This document shows, piece by piece, positions 38,337 through 51,022 of a DNA stretch of 64,000 nucleotides. Origin of the DNA: Scyliorhinus canicula (lineage: Eukaryota); NCBI RefSeq assembly GCF_902713615.1, contig NC_052153.1, positions 80,108,608-80,172,607 on the forward strand. The letters run 5' to 3'. The stretch's first letter is position 1; every line of letters starts with the position of its first letter. The notes under the pieces were generated by a model, which was not told the origin of the DNA, ran no database searches, and saw only the letters and a program-made list of their open reading frames with translations. A program made the translations under genes and the position numbers.

Positions 38337-39368
38337 CTAAGAATGTACAAAGCAATAATAATAATGATAGCACTGGAAGAATACACTGTATCAACAAAGT
38401 TTAGAACAGATTCAGTGCTACTGGCAGCAATGCTGAAGTCATAGGACCCTGGCTCCCACCCAGGACAATAAATATAAATGTTTTTCAACAAAACAACACA
38501 ACTTAGATGTTCAGTTAAATGTGATAAATGTGAAAAAAAGAAAACAGTTGGCAGTGAGAAGTAGTGGATGAGAATACCTGGATTCTACCAATTACAAAGT
38601 CATAAAGTCTTGTTTAAGACTAAATATAGCTATTCCCGCCAGTCACTAAAATTGCTTTGATGGCCTTTTACAATCTTACCACCATAACACTGAGCCTCAA
38701 AAAGTAAAACAATTTGTTGTTTTTATAATTAGTAGTGGCTCCAGCCATACTTTATCAGTTACAACCGGTAACAGCTGAGTTCTTCACAGGAAAAATGCTA
38801 ACAAAAGGGAAATGGTTCTCGTTTCCCAGGGAAATGGTCAGTGTATCACTTTTTGTAGCAGGTCACTGTGAAGCAACTTTTACAGGTCATTCTCCAGTGA
38901 CTATTACATTTCTCACATCCCAGAGCACTTCAGACAATTAAAGTACTTTGAAGAGCAGACACTTATGTAGGTAAATGTGACAGATGTTTTAAATACAGAC
39001 AAATCCCACAAAGAGCAGGGAGATGAATTAATATCTAATTTTATTTTATTTGTGATGCTGATCTGGGGACAAAAGCTGGTTTGAAGATGAGGAGAGTTGC
39101 ATGGTGAACTCTTTTTGGAACAGTACCTGGGATCAGATGGGTGCTTCTGTTAAACATCTTCCTTTATAAATGCCATTTCCAATAGTGCAGAAATCCCACA
39201 GCACCAGTTCGAGTGCTGGCCTGGATACTGTGCTCAAATCCTGGACTGGGTTTAAACCTACAAATTTGCAGGTGAAACCTCTTCTAATTGGACCAAGCCG
39301 CGAATCAAAGAGGCATCGAAGGAAAGTGAAATCTTTAAAAGAGAGTTCAGACCACTTTGACTACTTAC

Positions 39369-39507
39369 CTACTTTTTATTTCTCTTACAAATGTTAGATC
39401 TTTGTCATAGTCAAATTCCCCTCCAAATGAACGGGGACAGTTCACAATATCTGCATGTGTAGCGACAAGAATAACCTGCAAAGGACTTTTCAGCTTTCCG
39501 CCAAATG
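39369..39507 (-). CDS. DAPK1: DAPK1 coding exon (ROC), 139 bp, phase 1-2; not in ORF track
   Basis: Manual translation AFGGKLKSPLQVILVATHADIVNCPRSFGGEFDYDKDLTFVREIKS(R), versus human AFGGKLKNPLQVVLVATHADIMNVPR. Acceptor ttcttgatag, donor AG|gtaagt. Confidence 0.97.
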
Positions 39508-41427
39508 CTATCAAGAAAATAAATCACTGTCAGAATAAACATAAAGCAGATTGATCATTAATTTTATGTTCATTTCAAGTCCATCCCATTCGTAATTTGA
39601 TTGTCATGAATAGTATTGATCCCACACAGATGAGCTATCCACTACGACCACATTGTAAGACTCTTATCAGAGATTATAAGGATGGCACAGTGGCACAATG
39701 GTTAGCATTGCTGCCTCACAGTGTTAGGGACCCGGGTTCGATTCCAACCTCGAGTCACTCTGTGTGGAGTTTGTACATTCTCTCTGTGTTTACGAGGGGT
39801 TTCCTCTGGTGTTCTGGTTTCCTTCCACAGTCCAAAAATGTGTTGGTTAGGTGGGGTTACGGGGATGGGGGGGGGGGGGGGGGGGGGGGGGGCGCTAGGT
39901 AGAGTGCCCTTTCGGAGGGTTGGTGCAGACTCAACGGACTGAATGGCCTCCTTCTGTACTGTAGGGATTCTACAAAGTAAGTTTAAATTCCAGTGATAGT
40001 ATTTCCAAGTTCAGGTGAAAAGTTCAAGGTTTATTATAACTGTAAAAATCGGCATATAGAAATTAAGCGTTCAAGAGGTTTGCATGTTGTCATAATAAAA
40101 CATTGTAACCTTTAAAAAGGCTTGCCAGAGCTCAAGAGGAAAAAACAGTTAAAAATTTTCAATCCCCGTAAAAACCAGTAATACTGACACCATGAATACT
40201 GGAGTTTTAAAATTTAAGATCTACAAGGTCACCGAGACAAGTTTTACTGTAACCTTACATTTCCAAGTTTGCCAAGAGCAGCATTAAACTCCTTTTAGTT
40301 TTCATTATTTTCACAGCTAAGAAACATGTAGAAATTCCCATTTGAGGAATACGTGGGCATTTAAAACCAGTGATATTTAAAGAGAAATGCATCATTTTAT
40401 TAAACATGAACTGTCTGGACTTGCCTTACAGTCACCTCTGCATAGACTTTGCAGAAAACAAAAGCATGAGTTTGTAGAACCAATATTAAATCCACCTTGT
40501 TGCAATTTAGTTTTGTTAACTGGAAATTTATATATTATTAATTTGAAGAACAAACTACCGTAGGTATTTATAACTGATTAGCAATATTACCAAAATATTT
40601 ACAATGTATAGCAGAAACTGTTCCACAAAGTTTCAGTGATTCAGTTATCTTTCTTATTAACTTATTCTATTTAAATTTCAAGGATTCATGCAATTTGGAA
40701 ATGACAGTTGCAGTGCTTTCAACTCATTGGTGAATAAATCCCAAAACCAAGGCACACTCAAAATAATGGTATAGATTTACATATGGCTCACTAAGGCATA
40801 AAGCTTTGACTCTGTATGTCATGTAGAATAATTTATTGTAATGGTTTTATAGTGCCATCTGCTGGGGATAGTGGTATGGTATGGAATCTCTATGTTGGAA
40901 CACAGATGTAACCAAACTATGTAAATCCAGTTTACGTCTTGGCTGTATAGGTAATTAGAAAGAATATTTCTCCCTAACACTAATTTTTCCTCCTAAAAGT
41001 GTCCACATGAATGCTCACCCTCTCTGCTGTTTTGCTTGTCCCACACAATCCAGAACTTCCTGCAATTTTAAGACATCCATCTTGTCAAATACTACGCACT
41101 CTCTGTATGGCGATAGACCTTAAACTGACTGCAGCATGTGCCTCATTCACTATTTGTGATCAACTTTCTACCTCTGCAAAATTATCTACCTGTACCGTCT
41201 TTTATCTCACTGTTGCTGATCATCGGTCTATTTTTATTTATTCATGGGATGTGGATATTGCAAGCGAGGGTCAGCCTTAAAACTTAATTGACTTTGAAAA
41301 GGTGGTGCTGAGCTCCCTTCTTGAATTGCTGCAGCCCACGTGGTGTAGCTACTCGTAGTGCTATTCAGTAGGGAGCCCCAGGATTTTGACTGAACAATAA
41401 TGAACTAGTGACATATTTCCAAATCAG

Positions 41428-41855
41428 ATTGCTTCTCGGCCTTTTGGCTAAGGTGAGCATGAGGTGGGCAGCACAGTGGATAGCACCACTGCCTCATAGC
41501 GCCAAGGTCCCAAGTTCGATCCCGGCTCTAGGTCACTGTCCTTGTGGAGTTTGCACATTCTCCCCGTGTTTGCGTGGGTTTCGCCCCCACAACCCAAAGA
41601 TGTGCAGGGTAGGTGGATTGGCCACGGCAAATTGCCCCTTAATTGGAAACTCTAAAATTTAAAAAAATATATAAATAAATAAAAAAACGATGAGCATGAG
41701 GTCAGGTGTAATGCTGTGGGGACCATGAATCAGATTCAATTTAAATTTGAATTTGAATTGTTTTTTGGAGCAGGCAAGGGGTTTGACCCTGTCCACACTC
41801 TGAGCTGTGGCTTTGTAACTCTGATAAAGTAATAATCAAAAAAAAATATATATAT
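41428..41855 (+). mobile_element. U2 snRNA-headed, A-tailed retroposon (SINEU-like), interrupted by a V-SINE at 41466-41690
   Basis: Head ATTGCTTCTCGGCCTTTTGGCTAAG matches U2 nt 1-25 at 24/25. Unique ~125-bp body, A9/(TA)n tail. Perfect 15-bp TSD ATATTTCCAAATCAG at 41413-41427 and 41856-41870. Confidence 0.85.
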
Positions 41856-44060
41856 ATATTTCCAAATCAGAAATGTATGTGACTTGGAGGGGAACTCCGG
41901 GATGGGGGTATTCTTATACACCTGCTACCCTTGCCCTTCTGAGACAGTACAGTTTGTAGGTTTGGAAGATGTTGGCGAAGGAGCCTTGGCAAGTAGGCAC
42001 AGTGTATCTTGTTGATGCCACACAATGCTTTTGTTCAACTCACTGTTTAAATAAACACATAACTAAAAAACCGAGTTAAATAATAAAAGCTGTATAAAAG
42101 TAGATCAAACTTGCAGTGGGTATTCAATTATATCTGTGCCGTCAGTTGCCGGCAGAGGGTAGCAACAAGAGGCACTGAGACTCTATCGGAGATGTTCATT
42201 GCCCGTCACTTGAATATAAGACAGTTAACAGTCCCGTGCCTGAATATTGGCGAGGTCGTGTTTCATACAGGCATGGACTGCCTGATTAATCAAAGGAATT
42301 GAAAATCCAACCAAACATTGCGCAATCATCAGCAAGCATCCCTATTTCTGCCCTTATGATGGGTGGGGATGGGGCACAGCCATTACCTCCAAGTTTGACC
42401 TCTCCAAAACACGCAATCCCAAGAACCACCCAAAGTTAACTTCACTCAAAGATATATCACTCACAACATGTACTGTAGTTTTATTCACTTATCATCTTAG
42501 TCAAAACCACCTTCACCGCTGCTGATCTCCAAATCTTTTTTTTAAATAAATTTAGATTATCCAATTATTTTTTCCAATTAAGGGGCAATTTAGCGTGGCC
42601 AATCCACCTAGTCTGCACATTTTTTTTGGGTTGTGGGGGCGAAACCCACGCAGACACGGGGAGAATGTGCAAACTCCACACGGACAGTGACCCAGAGCTG
42701 GGATCGAACCTGGGACCTCAGCGCTGTGAGGCGGTTGTGCTAACCACTAGGCCCCGTGCTGCCCTCTGATCTCCAAATCTAATGAAATCAGAATTCTTGT
42801 CCTCATTCACAAATCTATGCATGGAGATTTTTATTCTTTGCAATCTCCTTATCCTTTGCAACCTCCTTCAACGGTGTCATTTTGTCTTCTGCTACAGGTC
42901 TCCTGTGGATCTCATCGACTTATTAGCATTAGAACTTTAAGCCATCAAATAGTATTCTCTCCAACTCTCGCCCTAAACTCTGTTTCACTTTGCTCCCTTT
43001 CGAAATTGCTTATCGTCACAAGTAGGCTTCAAATGAAGTTACTGTGAAAAGATCCTAGTCACCACATTCCGGCACCTGTTCGGGGAGGTTGGTACGGGAA
43101 TCGAACCGTGCTGCTGGCCAGCCTGGGTCTGCTTTAAAAGCCAGTGATTTAGTCCTGTGTGCTAAAGCAGCCCCACATTTAACAGTCTCTTCAAAACCTA
43201 TCATCCCAACTATGGCTTTGTTTCCATTTGGTGCTTGCACCTTCCCTGTGGAGTGGGTAGAAATATTTACTACATTAAAAGATGTTATATAAATGTAAGT
43301 TGTGGCAGTTTATCCCTTGTAGAGATTCTGTTCAGTTGTACACCAGTAACCAGTACAAGGGGTTATTTATTCATTAAAAAAAAATTCAATGTACTCAATT
43401 ACTTTTTCCCAATTAATGGGCAATTTAACGTGGTCAATCCACTTACCCTGCACATCTTTGGGTTGTGGGGGTGAGACCCACACAAACGCGGGGAGAATGT
43501 GCAAACTCCACACGTACAGTGATCCGGGCTGAGTTTGAATCCGGGTTCTTGGCACTATGAGGCAGCAGTGCTAACCACTGTGCCACGTGACGCCCCAAAG
43601 GGTTATTATTCACATCATGGTCAACACACCACACATGGGGAGGTAAGTATTACAGTCAATGCCAATTCCTGGCCTATTTAATATCTATGTATACACATTG
43701 CCAACCAAGCTCACAGGTTGGTGATTTAGAATATAAAGCATCAGCTTTTGGAATATAAAGCTTTGCCTCACCTATTGCCTCAACATGTAACATATCAATG
43801 CCACCATTTAATGTATCAAAGAGGTTCACAGTAGTTGGTGACACAAGGAAGGGAGAAGATTCCAATGTAGCTGAATGGTATTAAGGGAGAGGAATAAATT
43901 TGATTGGCCAAATAACGCGGTTATGATTAATTGTTCAAGTGAGAATTCTTCATGCGAGGCCGGAAAAGTGAACATCAGATATATTATTATTTCGTTATTG
44001 GGCCCATTCCCTTCCTTGGCAAGATAAAAGCAAAATAAGACAGATGCTTGCAATCTGGAA

Positions 44061-44195
44061 TAAAAACAGAAAATGCTCAGAAAAGCTCAGGAGGTCTGGG
44101 TTCTGATGAAATATATTAAGATTTGAAATGTTAACTCTGTTTGCCTGTCCACAGATGCTGACAGGCATGCTGAGGTTTTCCAGCATTTTTCTGAT
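44061..44195. mobile_element. Old Penelope-derived mini element with inverted ends and decayed hammerhead
   Basis: cagaaaatgct...ctcag at the left and ctgag...agcatttttctg at the right. GGGTT-CTGATGA...GAA-ATGT-T-AACTC at 44098-44137. Confidence 0.6.
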
Positions 44196-45574
44196 TTAAT
44201 GTCCTTTCTTAGTGTCCACACTGATATATGTGTTACCAGTTGTTGATTGCAAGAGGAAATCCTAATTGATTTCAATTTACCCCCCCCCCCCCCCCGTTTC
44301 CCATCTGGATGGACCGTAGGACAATTACACTAAATGACAACTCATATGTATTTACACCATCACACAAATAAGATACCAGAAATGTTGGGGAATGCAGGGT
44401 TTAGTGATCAACCACCCAAGTAACACCAGGTTTTCCATTTTATATGTTTTTAAACCTTTACATTCGGCATTACAGTGGGCCACAACAGGACGGCAATTTT
44501 CAAAATTAATTCTAAGGTTTCACTGCAAATTAATTTCGATTGAAGAATATCCTGAGAAAAGGCCATTTACTTCATGAGTTTATATTGTGCAGACTAACAA
44601 AAAGTGCTTGGGGTTAAAATGTGCTGTGCAAAGTGAATAATATTAAGGCCTTACTTAAACAGGACCAAATATAAAGTGCTACTATGTACAATTGTATGTT
44701 TCAGATTTTGGCATTCAACTTCAGGAGTATAGGGTCCAATTCTGGGCACCACATTTTAGTTAGAAGGCAAAGACTTTGGAGAGGGTAGAGAAGAGGTTTA
44801 CTAGACTGGCTCCAGTGATGAGGGACTTGCTGAGTGACTAACATAGGTAGATTGGTAAAGCTCCATGGTGCAGAACTCTTGAAATAAAAAGAAGGGTTTC
44901 CAGTGGCTGAAGGGTGTATAAAGAGAGGGAAGATTTAAAGTAATTGGCAAAAAAAAGCAAAGCCAATCCTTTTCACTGTACCTTGGTACATGTGACAATG
45001 AACAAATCCAATCCAATCCAAACCATTTTATTTTCACAATGTGTGGTTAAGATTTAGAATGCATACCTGATAGGGAGGTGGATAGATTCAATAGTTGCCT
45101 TCAAAAAGATAAATAGTTAATACTTGCAGGAGAAACATAGCAGGGGTATGGGGAAAGAGCAGAAGAGTGGAACCCACTGGATTCCCCTTTGCATCTGTGC
45201 TTGCTCTCAATGGGCTGAATGGCCTCCTTCTTTGATTCCAAAGGCCATTGAGCTTTATGAGTTCACTGCGACTGACGTTAGACAAAGACGAGAAGGCCAA
45301 CAATAGGATCACTTTACACTTTGTGACATGGTCCACAAACTTCGCCTGAGCAAAGCAAAACACCAAGTTTTCCCTTGATACATTGACACTGCTTTCGTAA
45401 TTTAAACGCAGCTTCCAAAGTCTGAAGAAACAAATGAAAAAATTGAAGTTTGTTACTTTACGGGACTTATTTTTCTTTATTTATTTGAAATGAGCCAAGC
45501 ACAGTGAAGGTTTTAAAAGATTTTGTCGGGAGTAATTGCTAATATTTGTAACACTTATCAGACTACATAAAACT

Positions 45575-46560
45575 ATTTCGCAATTTGGACTGACCGAAAT
45601 GTCCGACAAAGCACCATCTGCAATGACCACAGATTCACACAAGCACTCACTGACGTCACCTTCAAAAAGGTGGAGACAGGATGGGGGGACATTGACAGTC
45701 AGGGACCTATATACTGACGGTAGGGTCACAGCACTGGAAGGACTGATGCAGAGATTCCAACTAGCTAAAGGCAACAAATTCAGATACCTGCAGCGTAAAA
45801 ACTTCCTACAGAAGGAGACAAGGACATACCCGCGACCACCACGGCAGACACTATTAGAAGAGCTACTGGACACAGACATCTTAGGCAGAGGGAACATATA
45901 CACGAACGACTGCTAGAGGGCCAACACCAAACTGGACACGGCAAGGAGGAAATGGGAGGAAGATCTGGGCTTCAAAATAGGGTGGGGATTCTGGAGCGAA
46001 GCACTGCACAGGGTCAACTCTACCTCCACATGTGCGAGGCTCAACTTAACGCAGTTAAAAGTAGTACATAGAGCCCACTTGACCAGAATGAGCAGGTTCT
46101 TCCCGGAGGTGGAGGATAGATATGAACGGTGCCAAGGAGGCCAGGCCAACCACGCCCACAAGTTCTGGTCTTGCCCCAGACTTGCTGGGTACTGGACAGC
46201 CTTATTCATGGCAATGTCCAAGGTGGTGGGGATGAGGGTGGAGCTATCCCTGAAATTGGCGGTCTTTGGGGTAATCAGACCAGCCAGATCTCCTCATGGG
46301 GAGGAGGGCGGACGCCCTGACCTTTGCCTCCCTGATCACCCGCCGTAGAATCCTGCTCATTGGCGGTCAGCAGCACCACCTAAAGCTGCAGACTGGCTGT
46401 CCGACCTACCAGAATTTCTCCAAATGGAGAAAATCAAATTCACCATTCGTGGGTCGGAAGAGGGCTTCCACAAAACATGGGAGCCATTCATCCGACTATT
46501 CTGAGACCTGTTTGTGGCCAACACATAAATAAATAAATAGCCAGTAGCCAGGGGGGAAAT
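45575..46560 (+). mobile_element. L1-clade ORF2 C-terminal fragment
   Basis: Homologous to 25057-26000 (KRWRQDGGTLTVRDLY, RMSRFFPEVEDR). Confidence 0.9.
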
Positions 46561-47156
46561 AGACAGGACAGTTGTTTGTCTAAAGTGTACTTCACTCTCA
46601 TGAGCGATGAAGACTCTTGAAGTTATGATCTGTCTCTTTCCTATTGCCCCAGTCAATTTTGTATCTACGTTGCTACTGTCCCTTTTATTCCATGAGCGAT
46701 AACTTTTCTCACAAGTCGTTGTGTGGCACTGTATCGAATGCCATCTGCCACACAATGAAAAGATATGTACATCATCGCCAACTCCGAAGTCTTTTTAGAG
46801 TAATTTCACTTGAATCATTGAACAGTACTTTACAATTGGGATTTTTAAATTTAAGTTTTCCACCTGTGGCAGCATTTGCAAACTGATCCAATTGCTTTGC
46901 AAAACGAAATACCTTCTGTGTTTATAAGATGCCTATTTTAATGCTGTTTCAAGCTTGACAAAATTAAAACTTTCACCAGATTGTTCATTAGAAACAATGG
47001 CCTGGATACTGATGGTATTTGCCATCATTGCTTCTTTGAAACTGATTTGGAGTCCTCACATGTGCAGTTAAGCATAGAAATCGAGAAGTCAGGGGTGGCT
47101 GTCAGGGGTTCTATGCTTCTCAATTGAAATATTCTCAGACTGCAATTAGAAATCAT

Positions 47157-47567
47157 TAAACCGACGTGAAATTGCCCTTTTACGCTGCCGTGATTCCACG
47201 CATGTGCAAACTGACCGTTGTAATTTGGCACATGCGCAGGTGGGTTCTCCTCTCCAGGCCGGCCATGGCGGAGCCCTACAGGGGCCAGCGTGGAAGGAAG
47301 AAGTGCCCCCACGCAAAAGCCCCCCCCCCCCCGCGTAACCCACGCCGGCGGGACTGGCCAAAAACGGACAGCCGCTTGGCCCATCAGGGCCCGAAGAATT
47401 GCCTGGGGGGCTGCTGCCAAAGACCCCCACAACCGGCGTGGCGCGAGTCCCAGCCCCGCCTGAAAAATGGCGCAAGAGAATACGGCAGCCGGCGTCAGGG
47501 CAGGATTCGCGCCGCCCCCCCAGGGATTCTCCGACCCGGCAGTGGGGGGGGTCGGAGAATCCCGCCC
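47157..47567. mobile_element. Partial Harbinger-like MITE
   Basis: Ends ggagaatcccgccc; related in reverse orientation to 35008-35480. Confidence 0.65.
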
Positions 47568-48699
47568 ATTATCTTTGGACTGTGGGAGGAAACCGGAGCA
47601 CCTGGCGGAAACCCACGCACACACGGGGAGAACGTGCAGACGCCGCACAGTGACCCAAGCCGGGAATCGAACCTGGAGCCCTGAAGTAATTGTGCTAACC
47701 ACTATGCTACCGTGCTGCCCACACGGTATACAATATACATATATAATATACACATATACACACACACAATGGATCCCTCCAATTAGTGCCAGATTCAATT
47801 GAACATTGGGGAAATCCACACCACAGAGATTACTAGATCTTTGTGACCAGTTTGCTTTAACGCAAGGGTGAGTGTTGTCACATCATACAAACTGCAAAGT
47901 CTATGCCAATAGGGGTTTAGGTACTTAACTCTGCAGAATTCTACAATAACAATTTGTTCTTTTAATTTCTTATCCAATCCTATGTTCTACCTTAGAATTT
48001 CATAGCCCTTAGTTTATTTAGATTTCCAGTGTTTTGTCACAAAATAAGAACGCAAGAAATAGGAGTTTTTAATTCATGGGGCGTGCATGTTGCATTTAAT
48101 GTCCATCCCTGCTTGCCCTTCATAAGGTGGTGTGGAGCTGCCTTCTTGAACCACTGCTGTACGTACACCCACGGTGCTATTAGGGAGGGAGTTCCAGGAT
48201 TTTGACCCAGTGATAGCGAAGGAACATCAACATTGTTCGAAGCCAAGATTGTGTGGGGTTTGGAAGGGAAATTCCTGGTGGTGATGTTCCCATGTGTCTG
48301 CTACCTTTATCCTTCTAGATGGACGTGGTCATGGATTTGGAATGTGCTGTTTAAGGAGCCTTGGGGAGTTCCTGCTGGTACACACGGTGTGTCAGTGGCG
48401 GAGGCAGTGAACGATTGTGGATGGGGTGCCAATCAAGCGGGCTGCTTTATCCTGGATGGTGTGAAGCTTCTTGAATGTTGTTGGAGCTGCACTCACACAG
48501 GCAAGTGGAGAGTATTCCATTACACTCCTGACTTGTGCCTTGTAGATGGCGGAAGGCTTTGGGGAGTCAGGAGCCGAGTTATTCACTGCAGAATTACTAG
48601 CCTCTGACCTGCTCTTCTAGCCGGAGTATTTATATGGTACCAAAAAGAAAATGCTGGAAAATCTCAGCAGGTCTGGCAGCATCTGTAGGGAGAGAAAAG

Positions 48700-48737
48700 A
48701 GCTAATGTTTCAAGTCCAATGACTCTTTGTCAAAGCT
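48700..48737 (-). ncRNA. Decayed hammerhead motif, U3-A8 variant
   Basis: Reverse complement reads AGCT-TTGACAA-A-GAGTC-attg-GACTT-GAA-ACAT-T-AGCT (two CpG-type changes). Confidence 0.6.
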
Positions 48738-49544
48738 AACACACAGAGAAAGTGGGAAATGTTTATACTGTGGAGTGAGAATGAAAGATGAGACATAGCC
48801 ACAGAAACCCAGTGAAACCGAGTGCTAATGGCCACAGAAACCAAGGGGAAAGAGTGCTAATGGCAGTCCCCAGAGAAAACAAAAGATGTGAGAGGCCAAA
48901 CAGCAGAGAAACTGACATCAGAGGGTAAAGTCTAACAGATGTAGATGTGGGAGTAGGGAAAGGGGGAAGCAAAGTGGAGAAAGGGTAAAGAAAGGCGGAT
49001 AAGATGGTGGGGGAGGGGGATATATATTAAGAAAGACAAGAAAGAAAGAAATGGTAAGAGACAGCTGAAATGAACTGGGATGAAAACAAATGGATCGAGG
49101 TGGGGTGGAGCTAATCATCTGAAGTTGTTGAATTCGATGTCGAGACCGGAAGGCTGTAGCATGCCTAACCGGAAGATGAGATGTTGTTACTCCAGTTTGC
49201 GTTGAGCTTCACTGGAACATTGCAGCAGGCCAAGGACAGGCATGTGGGCATGGGAGCAGGGTCTTTTGTTAAAATGGCATGCAACGGGAAGGTCAGGATC
49301 CTGAATGCGCACAGACGGAGATGCCAGGCAAAGCGATCATCCAGTCTGTGTTTGGTCTCTCCGATATAGAGGAGATCACAATGGGAGCAGCGAATGCAAT
49401 AGACCAGATTGAAAGAGGTGCAAGTGAAACGCTGCTTAACCTGGAATGTGTGTTTTGGGCCTGAGATGGTAATCATGGAAGAGGTAAAGGGGCAGGTGTT
49501 ACACCTTCTGTGATTGCATGGAAAGGTGCCATGGGTGATGGGAG

Positions 49545-51022
49545 AGATATAGAGAAATACAGCACAGAACAGGCCCTTCGGCCCACGATGTTGCGCCGAA
49601 CTTTTGTCCTAGGTTAATCATAGAATTTTGGACAATTTTTCATGGCCAATCCACCCAACCTGCACATCTTTGGACTGTGGGAGGAAACCGGAGTACCCGG
49701 AGGAAACCCACGCAGTCACGGGGAGGATGTGCAGACTCCACACAGACAGTGACCCAAGTCGAAATCGAACTTGGGACCCTGGAGCTGTGAAGCAATTGTG
49801 CTATCCACAATGCTACCGTGCTGCCCTTAAGAAGTTAACCTACACTCCCTTATTCTACCCTAATCCAAGTACCTATCCAATAGCCGCTTGAAGGTCCATA
49901 AATTTTCCGACTCAACTACTACCACAGGCAGTGCATTCCATGCCCCCACTACTCTCTGGGTAAAGAACCTACCTCTGACATCCCCTCTATATCTTCCACC
50001 ATTTATCTTAAATTTATGTCCCCTTGTAATGGTGTGTTCCACCCGGGGAAAAAGTCTCTGACTGTCTACTCTATCTATTCCCCTGATCATCTTATAAACC
50101 TCTATCAAGTCGCCCCTCATCCTTCTCCGTTCTAATGAGAAAAGGCCTAGCACCCTCAACCTTTCCTCGTATGACCTACTCTCCATTCCAGGCAACATCC
50201 TGGTAAATCTCCTTTGCACCTTTTCCAAAGCTTCCACATCCTTCCTAAAATGAGGTGACCAGAACTGCACACAGTACTCCAAATGTGGCCTGACCAAGGT
50301 TTTGTACAGCTGCATCATCACCTCACGGCTCTTAAATTCAATCCCTCTGCTAATGAACGCTAGCACACCATAGGCCTTCTTCACAGCTCTATCCACTTGA
50401 GTGGCAACTTTCAAAGAACTATGAACATAGACCCCAAGATCTCTCTGCTCCTCCACATTGCCAAGAACCCTACCATTAACCCTGTATTCCGCATTCAGAT
50501 TTGTCCTTCCAAAATGGACAACCTCACACTTGTCAGGGTTAAACTCCATCTGCCACTTCTCAGCCCAGCTCTGCGTTCTATCTATGTCTCTTTGAAGCCG
50601 ACAACAGCCCTCCTCACTATCCACAACTCCACCAATCTTCGTATCATCTGCAAATTTACTGACCCACCCTTCAACTCCCTCATCCAAGTCGTTAATGAAA
50701 ATTACAAACAGCAGAGGACCCAGAACTGATCCCTGCGGTACGCCACTGATAACTGGGCTCCAGGCTGAATATTTGCCATCCACCACAACTCTCTGTCTTC
50801 TATCGGTTAGCCAGTTTGTTATCCAACTGGCCAAATTTCCCACTATCCCATGCCTCCTTACTTTCTGCATAAGCCTACCATGGGGAACCTTATCAAATGC
50901 CTTACTAAAATCCATGTACACTACATTCACTGCTTTACCTTCATCCACATGCTTGGTCACCTCCTCAAAGAATTCAATAAGACTTGTAAGGCAAGACCTA
51001 CCCCTCACAAATCCGTGCTGAC
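49545..51022 (-). mobile_element. Young 5'-truncated HER1-like CR1 LINE with intact 382-aa RT C-terminal ORF and a V-SINE in its 3'UTR
   Basis: ORF 49860-51008 is uninterrupted (DFSKAFDKVP, GVPQGSVLGP, KFADDTK, RPHLEYCVQFW). Confidence 0.96.

Noticed and set aside
38337-38491. N-terminal extension of ORF 38105-38491 (hydrophobic IIIIIAL)
   Set aside because: Intronic read-through upstream of the AG acceptor at 38337-38338.
41428-41452. Functional U2 snRNA gene
   Set aside because: Only the 5' ~25-43 nt match. There is no Sm site or 3' stem-loops, the branch-point recognition sequence is altered, and the segment is flanked by a TSD and A tail.
47025-47819. 264-aa ORF
   Set aside because: Spans a microsatellite, V-SINE and MITE; no protein family signal.
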